NCBI RefSeq assembly: GCF_035309685.1
Contig: NZ_DATGEX010000007.1
Coordinates: forward strand, 14,643 to 78,642
Direction: 5' to 3'
Origin: Phenylobacterium sp.
Lineage (GTDB): Bacteria; Pseudomonadota; Alphaproteobacteria; Caulobacterales; Caulobacteraceae
Length of the DNA: 64,000 bases
A model generated the notes under the pieces. The model saw only the letters and a list, made by a program, of their open reading frames with translations. It did no database searches and was not told the origin of the DNA. The translations under genes were made by a program, and so were the position numbers. Below, piece by piece: positions 45,728 through 53,529 of the stretch. Numbering within the stretch: the first letter of the stretch is position 1; each line of letters opens with the position of its first letter.

Positions 45728-47685
45728 AGCGTGGGCCGTTCGGAACCTTCCTGGCCTGCGCCGCGGCCCTGGCGCTGGGCGCCTGCGGCGGCGGCGGCGG
45801 CGGCGGGGCCGCGTCGACGCCGACCAATCCCACGCCGCCGGTCGTCACCGCCGGCCCCTACGCGCTGCCGGGCGCCGAGTCGCTGAGCGTCGCCGACGTC
45901 CAACAGGTGATCGCCCAGGCGGTGAACGAGGCGAAGGCGCGCAACACGCCTGCGGTCATCGCGGTCACCGACCGGGTCGGCAATGTGCTGGCGGTCTATT
46001 CGATGACCGGCGCGCGGGCGACCGCGACGATCCGGCCCGGTCCGGGCGGCAATCTGGATGTGCAGGGCGTGGTCGTGCCGGCGGCCGCGGCGGCGATCAG
46101 CAAGGCGATCACCGGGGCCTATCTGTCCTCGGCCGGCCAGGCGTTCTCGACGCGGACCGCCAGCATGATCGTGCAGGAGCACTTCCCGCCGGCCCCGGCC
46201 TCGGCGGGCCTCGAGGGCGGGCCGCTGTTCGGGGTGCAGTTCTCCTCGCTGCCGTGCTCGGACCTGGTGGCGCGGTTCAGCCCGGCCGGCGGGACCGGCG
46301 CGCTCATCGGGCCCAAGCGGGCGCCGCTGGGCCTGGCGGCCGATCCCGGCGGCTTCCCGCTCTACAAGAACGGTGTCCTGGTCGGCGGCGTGGGCGTGAT
46401 GTCCGACGGCGACTACGCCTTCGACCCCGACGTCTCCAACATCGACAACGACGACGAGGAGAACGTGGCGCTGGCCGCCACCAACGGCTTTGCGCCGCCC
46501 GCGACCATCACCGCCGATAAGGTGGCGCTGGCCGGCACGACCCTGCGCTATTCCGACGCCACCAGCGCCACCCTGAAGGTGAGCCCGACCAGCGCGCCGG
46601 CCTTCGCCGCCCTGCCGGCGGGGACGGGAACGCTGACCGCGGTGACGGGCTACTATCCGGGCGGCGCGGTGCTGGCCGGCCAGATCTTCGGGCAGGAGGC
46701 GTCGGGTGTCCGCCAGGCCTCGAGCGCCGAGTTCTCGGTGCCGGGCGGTTTCGTCCTCTCCAACGGCGCGGGCCAGAACCGCTATCCGCCCAAGGCCGGC
46801 ACCGACGCCGAGGTGGGAACCCCGCTCAGCGCCGCCGAGGTGACCGCGCTCCTGGAAGAAGCCTTCAAGGTCATGGATCACGCGCGGGGCGCGATCCGCC
46901 AGCCGGCCGACTCGACCGCCCAGATGTCGATCGCCGTCACCGACACTCACGGCGTGATCCTGGGTCTTGTGCGCGCGCCGGACGCCTCGGTGTTCGGCAC
47001 CGACGTGGCCGTGCAGAAGGCGCGCTCGGCGACCTTCTTCTCCGGCGCGTCCGCCGCGTCCGATCTCTTGGCCGATCCCAGCGCCGACGTCCGCGGCTTC
47101 GTGCAGAAGACCCGCGACTTCTTCCCCGACCCGGCGGCGCTCACCGGCAAGACCGCGTTTGGCATGCGCTCGATCGGCAACCTGGCGCGGCCGTTCTTCC
47201 CCGACGGCCAGCAGGGCCGGCCGAACGGGCCGCTGTCGCGGCCGATCTCGCAGTGGAGCATCTTCTCCACCGGCCTGCAGTCGGCGCTGATCCTCACCAA
47301 CCTCGGCCAGCACCTGCAATATGTGACCGGCGCCTCGGCGAGCGACACCGCGCCCCGCTGCACCTTCCTGCCCGACGCAACGCCCGGTCAGAATCGCCTG
47401 CAGAACGGCCTGCAGATTTTCCCGGGCGGCGTGCCGATTTATCGGAGCGGAAAATTGGTCGGCGGCATCGGGGTGTCCGGCGACGGCATCGACCAGGACG
47501 ACATGGTCGCTTTCCTGGGTGTTTTCAATGCTTCGAGCCGTGTCGGCATCAGCGAAGCGCCCGCTGCGATCCGCGCCGATCAGCTGGTTGTGGGTCCGGC
47601 GCCGGCGCAGCGGCTACTTTACGTTAACTGTCCGTTTGCACCGTTCCTAGACACCCAGGACCAGAACGTCTGTCAGGGAAAATAA
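45724..47685 (+). CDS. lipoprotein with two GlcG/HbpS-like (DUF336) domains
   Basis: Lipobox LALGAC followed by a Gly run. The DUF336-like segments are AVIAVTDRVGNVLAVYSM..., SIAVTDTHGVILGLVRAPDA...VAVQKARSATFF and IFPGGVPIYRSGKLVGGIGVSGDGIDQDD. GTGA overlap with the upstream cytochrome gene. Confidence 0.7.
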   Translation: MKRGPFGTFLACAAALALGACGGGGGGGAASTPTNPTPPVVTAGPYALPGAESLSVADVQQVIAQAVNEAKARNTPAVIAVTDRVGNVLAVYSMTGARATATIRPGPGGNLDVQGVVVPAAAAAISKAITGAYLSSAGQAFSTRTASMIVQEHFPPAPASAGLEGGPLFGVQFSSLPCSDLVARFSPAGGTGALIGPKRAPLGLAADPGGFPLYKNGVLVGGVGVMSDGDYAFDPDVSNIDNDDEENVALAATNGFAPPATITADKVALAGTTLRYSDATSATLKVSPTSAPAFAALPAGTGTLTAVTGYYPGGAVLAGQIFGQEASGVRQASSAEFSVPGGFVLSNGAGQNRYPPKAGTDAEVGTPLSAAEVTALLEEAFKVMDHARGAIRQPADSTAQMSIAVTDTHGVILGLVRAPDASVFGTDVAVQKARSATFFSGASAASDLLADPSADVRGFVQKTRDFFPDPAALTGKTAFGMRSIGNLARPFFPDGQQGRPNGPLSRPISQWSIFSTGLQSALILTNLGQHLQYVTGASASDTAPRCTFLPDATPGQNRLQNGLQIFPGGVPIYRSGKLVGGIGVSGDGIDQDDMVAFLGVFNASSRVGISEAPAAIRADQLVVGPAPAQRLLYVNCPFAPFLDTQDQNVCQGK

Positions 47686-47689
47686 GGGA

Positions 47690-49513
47690 ATGCGGAGCGG
47701 CCTGCTCTTCGCCCTCCTGATCTGCACGCTCCCGCTCGCTCAGCGGGCGATGGCGGCTGACGTCATCGGCGACCTGATCGCCGCCGCTGAAGGCGCGGTC
47801 GCCGAGCCCCCGCCGGACCCGGCGCCGCTGGACGGCCGCCGCCGTCCGGGGCGCCCAAAGGAGCTGCCGCCCGCCGAAGCGCCGCAGGTCAATCCCAAGG
47901 GCATCGACGCCCCGCCGCCCGACGCCTTCCCCGCCGATCAGATCCCGGTTCCGGACCGCTGGCGGCTGATCGAGGCGGTGGGCGTCCACTCGCGCTGGTT
48001 CGACCCCTACAACCAGAACACCATCAAGGGCGACCGCCCGATCAAGGGCACGCAGGACTGGTTCTTCACGCTCACCGGCGTCTCCGACAGCGTGATCGAG
48101 CCGCGCAGCTTCCCGCTGCCGGTGGGCGCGCAGACCACGGCCAGGCCCGGCAGCAACGACAACTTCGGGCGCACCGAAAGCTTCGTCGGCTCCCAGACCT
48201 TCATCACGGGCCTCGCGCTTACCAAGGGCTCGACCGCCTACAAGCCGCCGGAGATCGAATTCCGCCTGACGCTGGCCTTCAACTACAACTACGCCCAGGT
48301 TCCCGAGAAGCGGATCCTGTCGATCAGCCCGAGCAATCCGACGCACCGCACAGACACCTTCGTCGGCGTGCAGGAAGCCTTCGTCGACTACCACATCCGC
48401 AACGTCTCGGACCGCTACGACTTCGATTCGCTGCGAGTCGGAATCCAACCATTTTCCAGTGACTTCCGAGGATTTCTTTTCCAGGACAATCAACTTGGAA
48501 TCCGGCTGTTCGGCGACCGCGACAACAACCGGTGGCAGTACAACCTGGCCTTCTTCCAGCGCCTCGAGAAGGACACCAACTCGGGCCTGAACGACGTCAC
48601 CCAGCCGCTGCGACACGACCAGGTGTTCATCGCCAACCTCTACCGCCAGGACCTGCCGTTCCCGGGCCTCACCTCGCAGGTCAGCGTGGTCTATGACCGC
48701 GACCGCGAGGCCGGCCGCATCCACTTCGACGACAACGGCTTCCCGGTGCGCCCCGCCCTGATCGGCGACGAGCGCGGCCGCAACTACGACGCGGTCTACC
48801 TGGGCTACAACGTCGACGGCCACATCGGCCGCCTGAACCTCACCGGCTCGGCCTACAGCGTCACCGGCCGCGACCGCAATTCGATCTTCACCAACAAGCC
48901 GGCGGACATTCAGGCCTGGTTCGCCGCGGTCGAACCCTCCTACGACTTCGACTGGATCCGGGTGCGCGGTTCGGCGCTCTGGGCCAGCGGCGACAAGCAT
49001 CCCTTCGACAACAAGGAAACCGGCTTCGACGCGATCTACGAGAACCCGCAGTTCGCCGGCGCCGACACCAGCTACTGGATCCGCCAGTCGATCCTCTTCG
49101 TCGGCGGCGGCCGCGCCATCGGCATCAACGGCCGCAACGGCGTCCTGAACGACCTGCGCTCGTCGAAGGACGAGGGCCAGTCCAACTTCAATAACCCCGG
49201 CACGGTCCTGCTGGGCGTCGGCACGGACGTGGACCTGACGCCGCGGGTGCGCTGGAGCGTCAACGTCAACCACCTGTGGTTCGACGACACCGCGGTCTTG
49301 CGCACCCTGCGCGACGAGGGCTCGATCCCGAGGAGCCTGGGGTGGGACTATTCGACCTCGGTGATCTGGCGGCCGAAGATGACCCAGAACCTGATCCTGC
49401 GCGGCTCGGTGGCGGTCTTCCAGCCCAGTTCGGGTTTCAGCGATCTTCTGTCCAACAGCAACGGCGACAGCCGGTACTATTCGGTGCTTCTGAACGCGAT
49501 TCTCAACTTCTAG
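47690..49513 (+). CDS. putative outer-membrane beta-barrel protein (607 aa)
   Basis: Signal peptide LLFALLICTLPLAQRAMA. Alternating aromatic/hydrophilic pattern along its length. C-terminal ...YYSVLLNAILNF with terminal Phe. Starts 4 nt after the previous stop. Family not recognised. Confidence 0.65.
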   Translation: MRSGLLFALLICTLPLAQRAMAADVIGDLIAAAEGAVAEPPPDPAPLDGRRRPGRPKELPPAEAPQVNPKGIDAPPPDAFPADQIPVPDRWRLIEAVGVHSRWFDPYNQNTIKGDRPIKGTQDWFFTLTGVSDSVIEPRSFPLPVGAQTTARPGSNDNFGRTESFVGSQTFITGLALTKGSTAYKPPEIEFRLTLAFNYNYAQVPEKRILSISPSNPTHRTDTFVGVQEAFVDYHIRNVSDRYDFDSLRVGIQPFSSDFRGFLFQDNQLGIRLFGDRDNNRWQYNLAFFQRLEKDTNSGLNDVTQPLRHDQVFIANLYRQDLPFPGLTSQVSVVYDRDREAGRIHFDDNGFPVRPALIGDERGRNYDAVYLGYNVDGHIGRLNLTGSAYSVTGRDRNSIFTNKPADIQAWFAAVEPSYDFDWIRVRGSALWASGDKHPFDNKETGFDAIYENPQFAGADTSYWIRQSILFVGGGRAIGINGRNGVLNDLRSSKDEGQSNFNNPGTVLLGVGTDVDLTPRVRWSVNVNHLWFDDTAVLRTLRDEGSIPRSLGWDYSTSVIWRPKMTQNLILRGSVAVFQPSSGFSDLLSNSNGDSRYYSVLLNAILNF

Positions 49514-49520
49514 GGGCGAT

Positions 49521-52500
49521 ATGGGGCGGTGGGGCAAATTCGGCTGGAGGGTGGCGGCGCTGGCGGCGCTGATCCTGGCCGCGCCTGTCGCCCTGCGCGC
49601 CGCGGGCGACGAGGAAAAGCCGGTCCCGCGCACCTACCACATGCAGGCGCCCGCCCCGGCCGGCGAGAGCGAGGCCGACGCCCACGCCAAGAGCGTCGGC
49701 TGCGAGAGCTGCCACACCGCCTCGGACGCGCCCTCGATGCACAAGTCCTCGGCCGTGGTGCTGGGCTGCGTCGACTGCCACGGCGGCGACGCCACGGTCA
49801 CCGCCTCGGCGGGCCTGGCCAAGGACTCCGCGCCCTACGCCGCCCTGCGCGACAAGGCCCACGTCCTGCCGCGCTATCCCAAGGCCTGGCATTTCCCGTC
49901 CTCGGCCAAGCCGCAGCAGAGCTACACGCTGCTGAACCGCGAGGCGCCGGAGTTCGTGCGCTTCGTGAACCCGTCGGACTACCGCGTCGCCCGCGAGTCC
50001 TGCGGCGCCTGCCACCTGGAGGTCATCCAGAAGGCCGAGCGCTCGCTGATGGCCAACGGGACCATGTTCCTGGAGGGCGCGACCTACAACAACGGCATCC
50101 TGCCCAACAAGACCGGCATCCTGGGCGAGGCCTATACCCACAACGGCGAGCCGGCGCGGGTGATGTCGCCCGGATCGCCGCCCGGCACGGTGACGCCGGA
50201 GCAGAAGGCCAAGGGGGCCATCGGCACGCTCTATCCGGTGCCGACCTGGCAGGTGACGCCGCCCAGCGACATCTTCCGGGTGTTCGAGCGCGGCGGGCGC
50301 ACCATCAACCCGACCTTCCCGGAAATCGGCCTGCCGGACTCGGTGGGCGAGCTGCAGAAGCTGGAAGAACCGGGGCGCCCCGACATCCGCCAATCGAACC
50401 GCGGTCCGGGCACCGGCCTGCGCGTGGCGATTCCCGTGCTCAACGTCCACAAGACCCGCCTGAACGACCCCTTCATGTGGTTCCTGGGCACCAACGACCA
50501 GCCGGGCGACTATCGCTCGTCGGGCTGCGCCGGCTGCCACGTGGTCTACGCCAACGACCGCGAACCGACCCATTCGCTGACCTGGGCGAAGTACGGCCGG
50601 GACGGCCAGTCGGCGACGGTGGACCCGACGATCAGCAAGACCGAGAGCGGCCACCCCATCGAGCACGCCTTCACCCGCTCGATCCCGACCTCGCAGTGCA
50701 TGAATTGCCACATGCACCAGCCGAACATGTTCCTGAACACCTACTACGGCTACACGATGTGGGACTACGAGTCGGACGCGCCGTTCATGTGGCCGGAGCG
50801 GCAGCGCTATCCGACCGCGGCCGAGATGCGCAAGGTCCTGGACCGCAATCCGGAAGGCGCCGCTCCGCGCGGCCTGTGGTCGAGCCTCGACTTCCTGCGC
50901 AACGTCTTCGACCTGAACCCCAAGCTGCACGACACCCAGTTCGCCGACTATCACGGCCACGGCTGGAACTTCCGGGCGATCTTCAAGCGCGACCGCGAGG
51001 GCAACCTGCTGGACGCCGACGGCAAGATCGTCGCCAACGACGACCCCGAGAAGTGGCGCAAGGCCGGCGCTGGCAAGTTCGCCGAGCCGGGCAGCCAGGC
51101 CGGCAAGGCGGTCCACATGATGGACATCCACGCCGAGAAGGGCATGCAGTGCGCCGACTGCCACTTCGCCCAGGACAGCCATGGCTCGGGCCTGATCACC
51201 GGTGAAGTCGCCAACGCCGTGGAGATCGGCTGCCGCGACTGTCACGGCACCATCTCGGCCTATCCGACGCTGAAGACCTCCAACGTGGCCGCGAGCCCGT
51301 CCGGCACCGACCTCACCCAGCTGCGCAACCCCGATGGCCAGCGGCGCTTCGAATGGGTGGAGAAGGATGGCCGCCGCGTCCTGATGCAGCGCTCGATCAT
51401 CGACCCGAAGATCGAGTGGCAGATCCATCTGGTGAAGGACTCGGTCGACCGGTCCAGCCCCGACTTCAACCCCAAGGCCGCCCGCGCCAAGCTGATGGGC
51501 AAGATCGCCGCCGACGGCAAGCCGTTCCAATGGGGCCCCGGCGTCGACAAGTCCAACCTCGCCCACAAGGACGGCGAGATGGAATGCTACGCCTGCCACA
51601 CCTCGTGGACGACGTCCTGCGGCGGCTGCCACCTGCCCATCGAGGCCAACTGGAAGACCACCAGCCACAAGTACGAGGGCGAGGAGACGCGGAACTACGC
51701 GACCTACAACCCGCAGGTGGCGCGCGACGACGTGTTCCAGCTCGGCGTCCACTCGACGGTGAAGGGGCACACCGTCGCGCCCGTGCGCTCATCCTCGGCG
51801 CTGGTGCTGTCCTCGACCAACATCAACCGCGAGCGGATCTATGTGCAGCAGCCGCCGATCGCGGCGAGCGGCTATTCCAGCCAGGCGTTCGCGCCGCACT
51901 TCGCCCACACGGTCCGCAAGACCGAGACCAAGACCTGCAGCGACTGCCACGTCTCGGAAGCCAACGACAACAACGCCATCATGGCCCAGCTGCTGCTGCT
52001 CGGCACCAACACCATGAACTTCGTGGGCATGCACGCCTGGGTGGGCCTGGACCAGGGCATCGAGGCGGTGCGGGTCACCGAGTGGAACGAACCGCAGGCG
52101 GTGTTCGGCTCCTACCTGCAGAAGTACGCCTACCCCGACTTCTACAAGCTGCATGTGGAGAAGAACCACCGCGAGCTGATCAACTGGCGCCGCGGCAAGC
52201 CCTTCCAGAAGGGCCTGAGCGGCGGCGAGGCCGATGCGGCCGAGGACATCAACAACGTCACCCACAAGACCGGCGGCGCGGCGCGCTGCCTGCAGCAGCG
52301 CGGCGAATACATGTACGTGGCCGAGGGCCGGGGCGGCTTCCGCGCCTATGACATCGCCTCGATCGCCAACAAGGACATCTCCGACAAGATCCTGACGGCG
52401 CCCTTCTCGCCGCTGGGCGACGACACCCACATCGCGTCGAAGAACGCGACCTGCATGGCGATCCCGACCAACCAGTCGATCGCGCCCGGGCGCAACACGC

Positions 52501-53432
52501 CGCTGATGCAGACGGAGAACCAGGAGCAGCCGTTCCACCCGATCTACCACTACGCCTTCATCACCGACGCCGAAGAGGGCCTGATCGAGGTCAACGTCGA
52601 CACGCTCTCGGACGGCGACCCGCGCAACAACAACCTGAAGCGCGCGCTCACCTGGAACCCGGGCAACCTGCTGAAGGGCGCGCGGCACATCACGCTGGGC
52701 GGCCACTACGCCTACATCGCCGCCGACGCCGGCCTGGTGGTGCTGGACCTCAACGATCCGCTGAAGCCCCGCCACGTGACCACGCTGGCGCTCCCCGACG
52801 TGCGGGCGAGCGCGCTGCAGTTCCGCTACCTGTGGGTCACCGACGCCCGCGGCCTGGAAGTGGTCGACGTGACCCGGCTCGAAAAGCCCGTGCTGGTGGC
52901 TGGCGCGACCGTGCCGTTGGCCGATGCCCGGCGGGTCTACATCGCCCGCACCTACGCCTATGTGGCGGCCAAGAAGGACGGGCTGGTGATCGTCGACGTG
53001 AAGCAGCCCGAGCATCCGAAGATCTACCAGAAGGTCGATTTCGGCGGGCAGATGAACGACGCCGAGGACGTGGTGGTGGCCTCCACCAACGCCTCGTTCT
53101 TCGCCTATGTCGCCGACGGCAAGAACGGCCTGAAGGTGATCCAGCTGACCAGCCCGTCGAGCCAGCCCAACTTCTACGGCTTCTCGCCCGCGCCCAAGCC
53201 CGAGCTGATCGCCTGGGCCAGGACCGCTTCGCCCGCGCTCGCGCTTTCGAAGGGCCTCGACCGCGACCGCGCGGTCGACGAGACCGGCCACCAGATCGCC
53301 GTCTTCGGCCGCCTGGGTTCGCGGCCCTTCCACCGCGACGAGATGGAGCACTTCTTCATCGACGCCTTCGACCGGCCCTACCGCGTGACCGACGACCCCG
53401 ACTTCACCGCCTGGGTCTCGGCCGGGCGCTGA
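49521..53432 (+). CDS. decahaem c-type cytochrome fused to a C-terminal LVIVD-type repeat (beta-propeller-like) region, exported (1303 aa)
   Basis: Signal peptide VAALAALILAAPVALRAAG. Ten CXXCH motifs between 49701 and 51950: CESCH, CVDCH, CGACH, CAGCH, CMNCH, CADCH, CRDCH, CYACH, CGGCH and CSDCH. Six G-L-x-V-x-D-like repeats at about 52332-53160: GFRAYDI, GLIEVNV, GLVVLDL, GLEVVDV, GLVIVDV and GLKVIQL. Confidence 0.85.
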   Translation: MGRWGKFGWRVAALAALILAAPVALRAAGDEEKPVPRTYHMQAPAPAGESEADAHAKSVGCESCHTASDAPSMHKSSAVVLGCVDCHGGDATVTASAGLAKDSAPYAALRDKAHVLPRYPKAWHFPSSAKPQQSYTLLNREAPEFVRFVNPSDYRVARESCGACHLEVIQKAERSLMANGTMFLEGATYNNGILPNKTGILGEAYTHNGEPARVMSPGSPPGTVTPEQKAKGAIGTLYPVPTWQVTPPSDIFRVFERGGRTINPTFPEIGLPDSVGELQKLEEPGRPDIRQSNRGPGTGLRVAIPVLNVHKTRLNDPFMWFLGTNDQPGDYRSSGCAGCHVVYANDREPTHSLTWAKYGRDGQSATVDPTISKTESGHPIEHAFTRSIPTSQCMNCHMHQPNMFLNTYYGYTMWDYESDAPFMWPERQRYPTAAEMRKVLDRNPEGAAPRGLWSSLDFLRNVFDLNPKLHDTQFADYHGHGWNFRAIFKRDREGNLLDADGKIVANDDPEKWRKAGAGKFAEPGSQAGKAVHMMDIHAEKGMQCADCHFAQDSHGSGLITGEVANAVEIGCRDCHGTISAYPTLKTSNVAASPSGTDLTQLRNPDGQRRFEWVEKDGRRVLMQRSIIDPKIEWQIHLVKDSVDRSSPDFNPKAARAKLMGKIAADGKPFQWGPGVDKSNLAHKDGEMECYACHTSWTTSCGGCHLPIEANWKTTSHKYEGEETRNYATYNPQVARDDVFQLGVHSTVKGHTVAPVRSSSALVLSSTNINRERIYVQQPPIAASGYSSQAFAPHFAHTVRKTETKTCSDCHVSEANDNNAIMAQLLLLGTNTMNFVGMHAWVGLDQGIEAVRVTEWNEPQAVFGSYLQKYAYPDFYKLHVEKNHRELINWRRGKPFQKGLSGGEADAAEDINNVTHKTGGAARCLQQRGEYMYVAEGRGGFRAYDIASIANKDISDKILTAPFSPLGDDTHIASKNATCMAIPTNQSIAPGRNTPLMQTENQEQPFHPIYHYAFITDAEEGLIEVNVDTLSDGDPRNNNLKRALTWNPGNLLKGARHITLGGHYAYIAADAGLVVLDLNDPLKPRHVTTLALPDVRASALQFRYLWVTDARGLEVVDVTRLEKPVLVAGATVPLADARRVYIARTYAYVAAKKDGLVIVDVKQPEHPKIYQKVDFGGQMNDAEDVVVASTNASFFAYVADGKNGLKVIQLTSPSSQPNFYGFSPAPKPELIAWARTASPALALSKGLDRDRAVDETGHQIAVFGRLGSRPFHRDEMEHFFIDAFDRPYRVTDDPDFTAWVSAGR

Positions 53433-53529
53433 GCCGTCTACCGCGATTAGGCCTTGTCGTCCCCGGCGTCGGCCCCGCATGCTCATCGAGACGCGGCCAT
53501 CCGAGAGCCGCGGCCTTCTGGGGGCTTCG

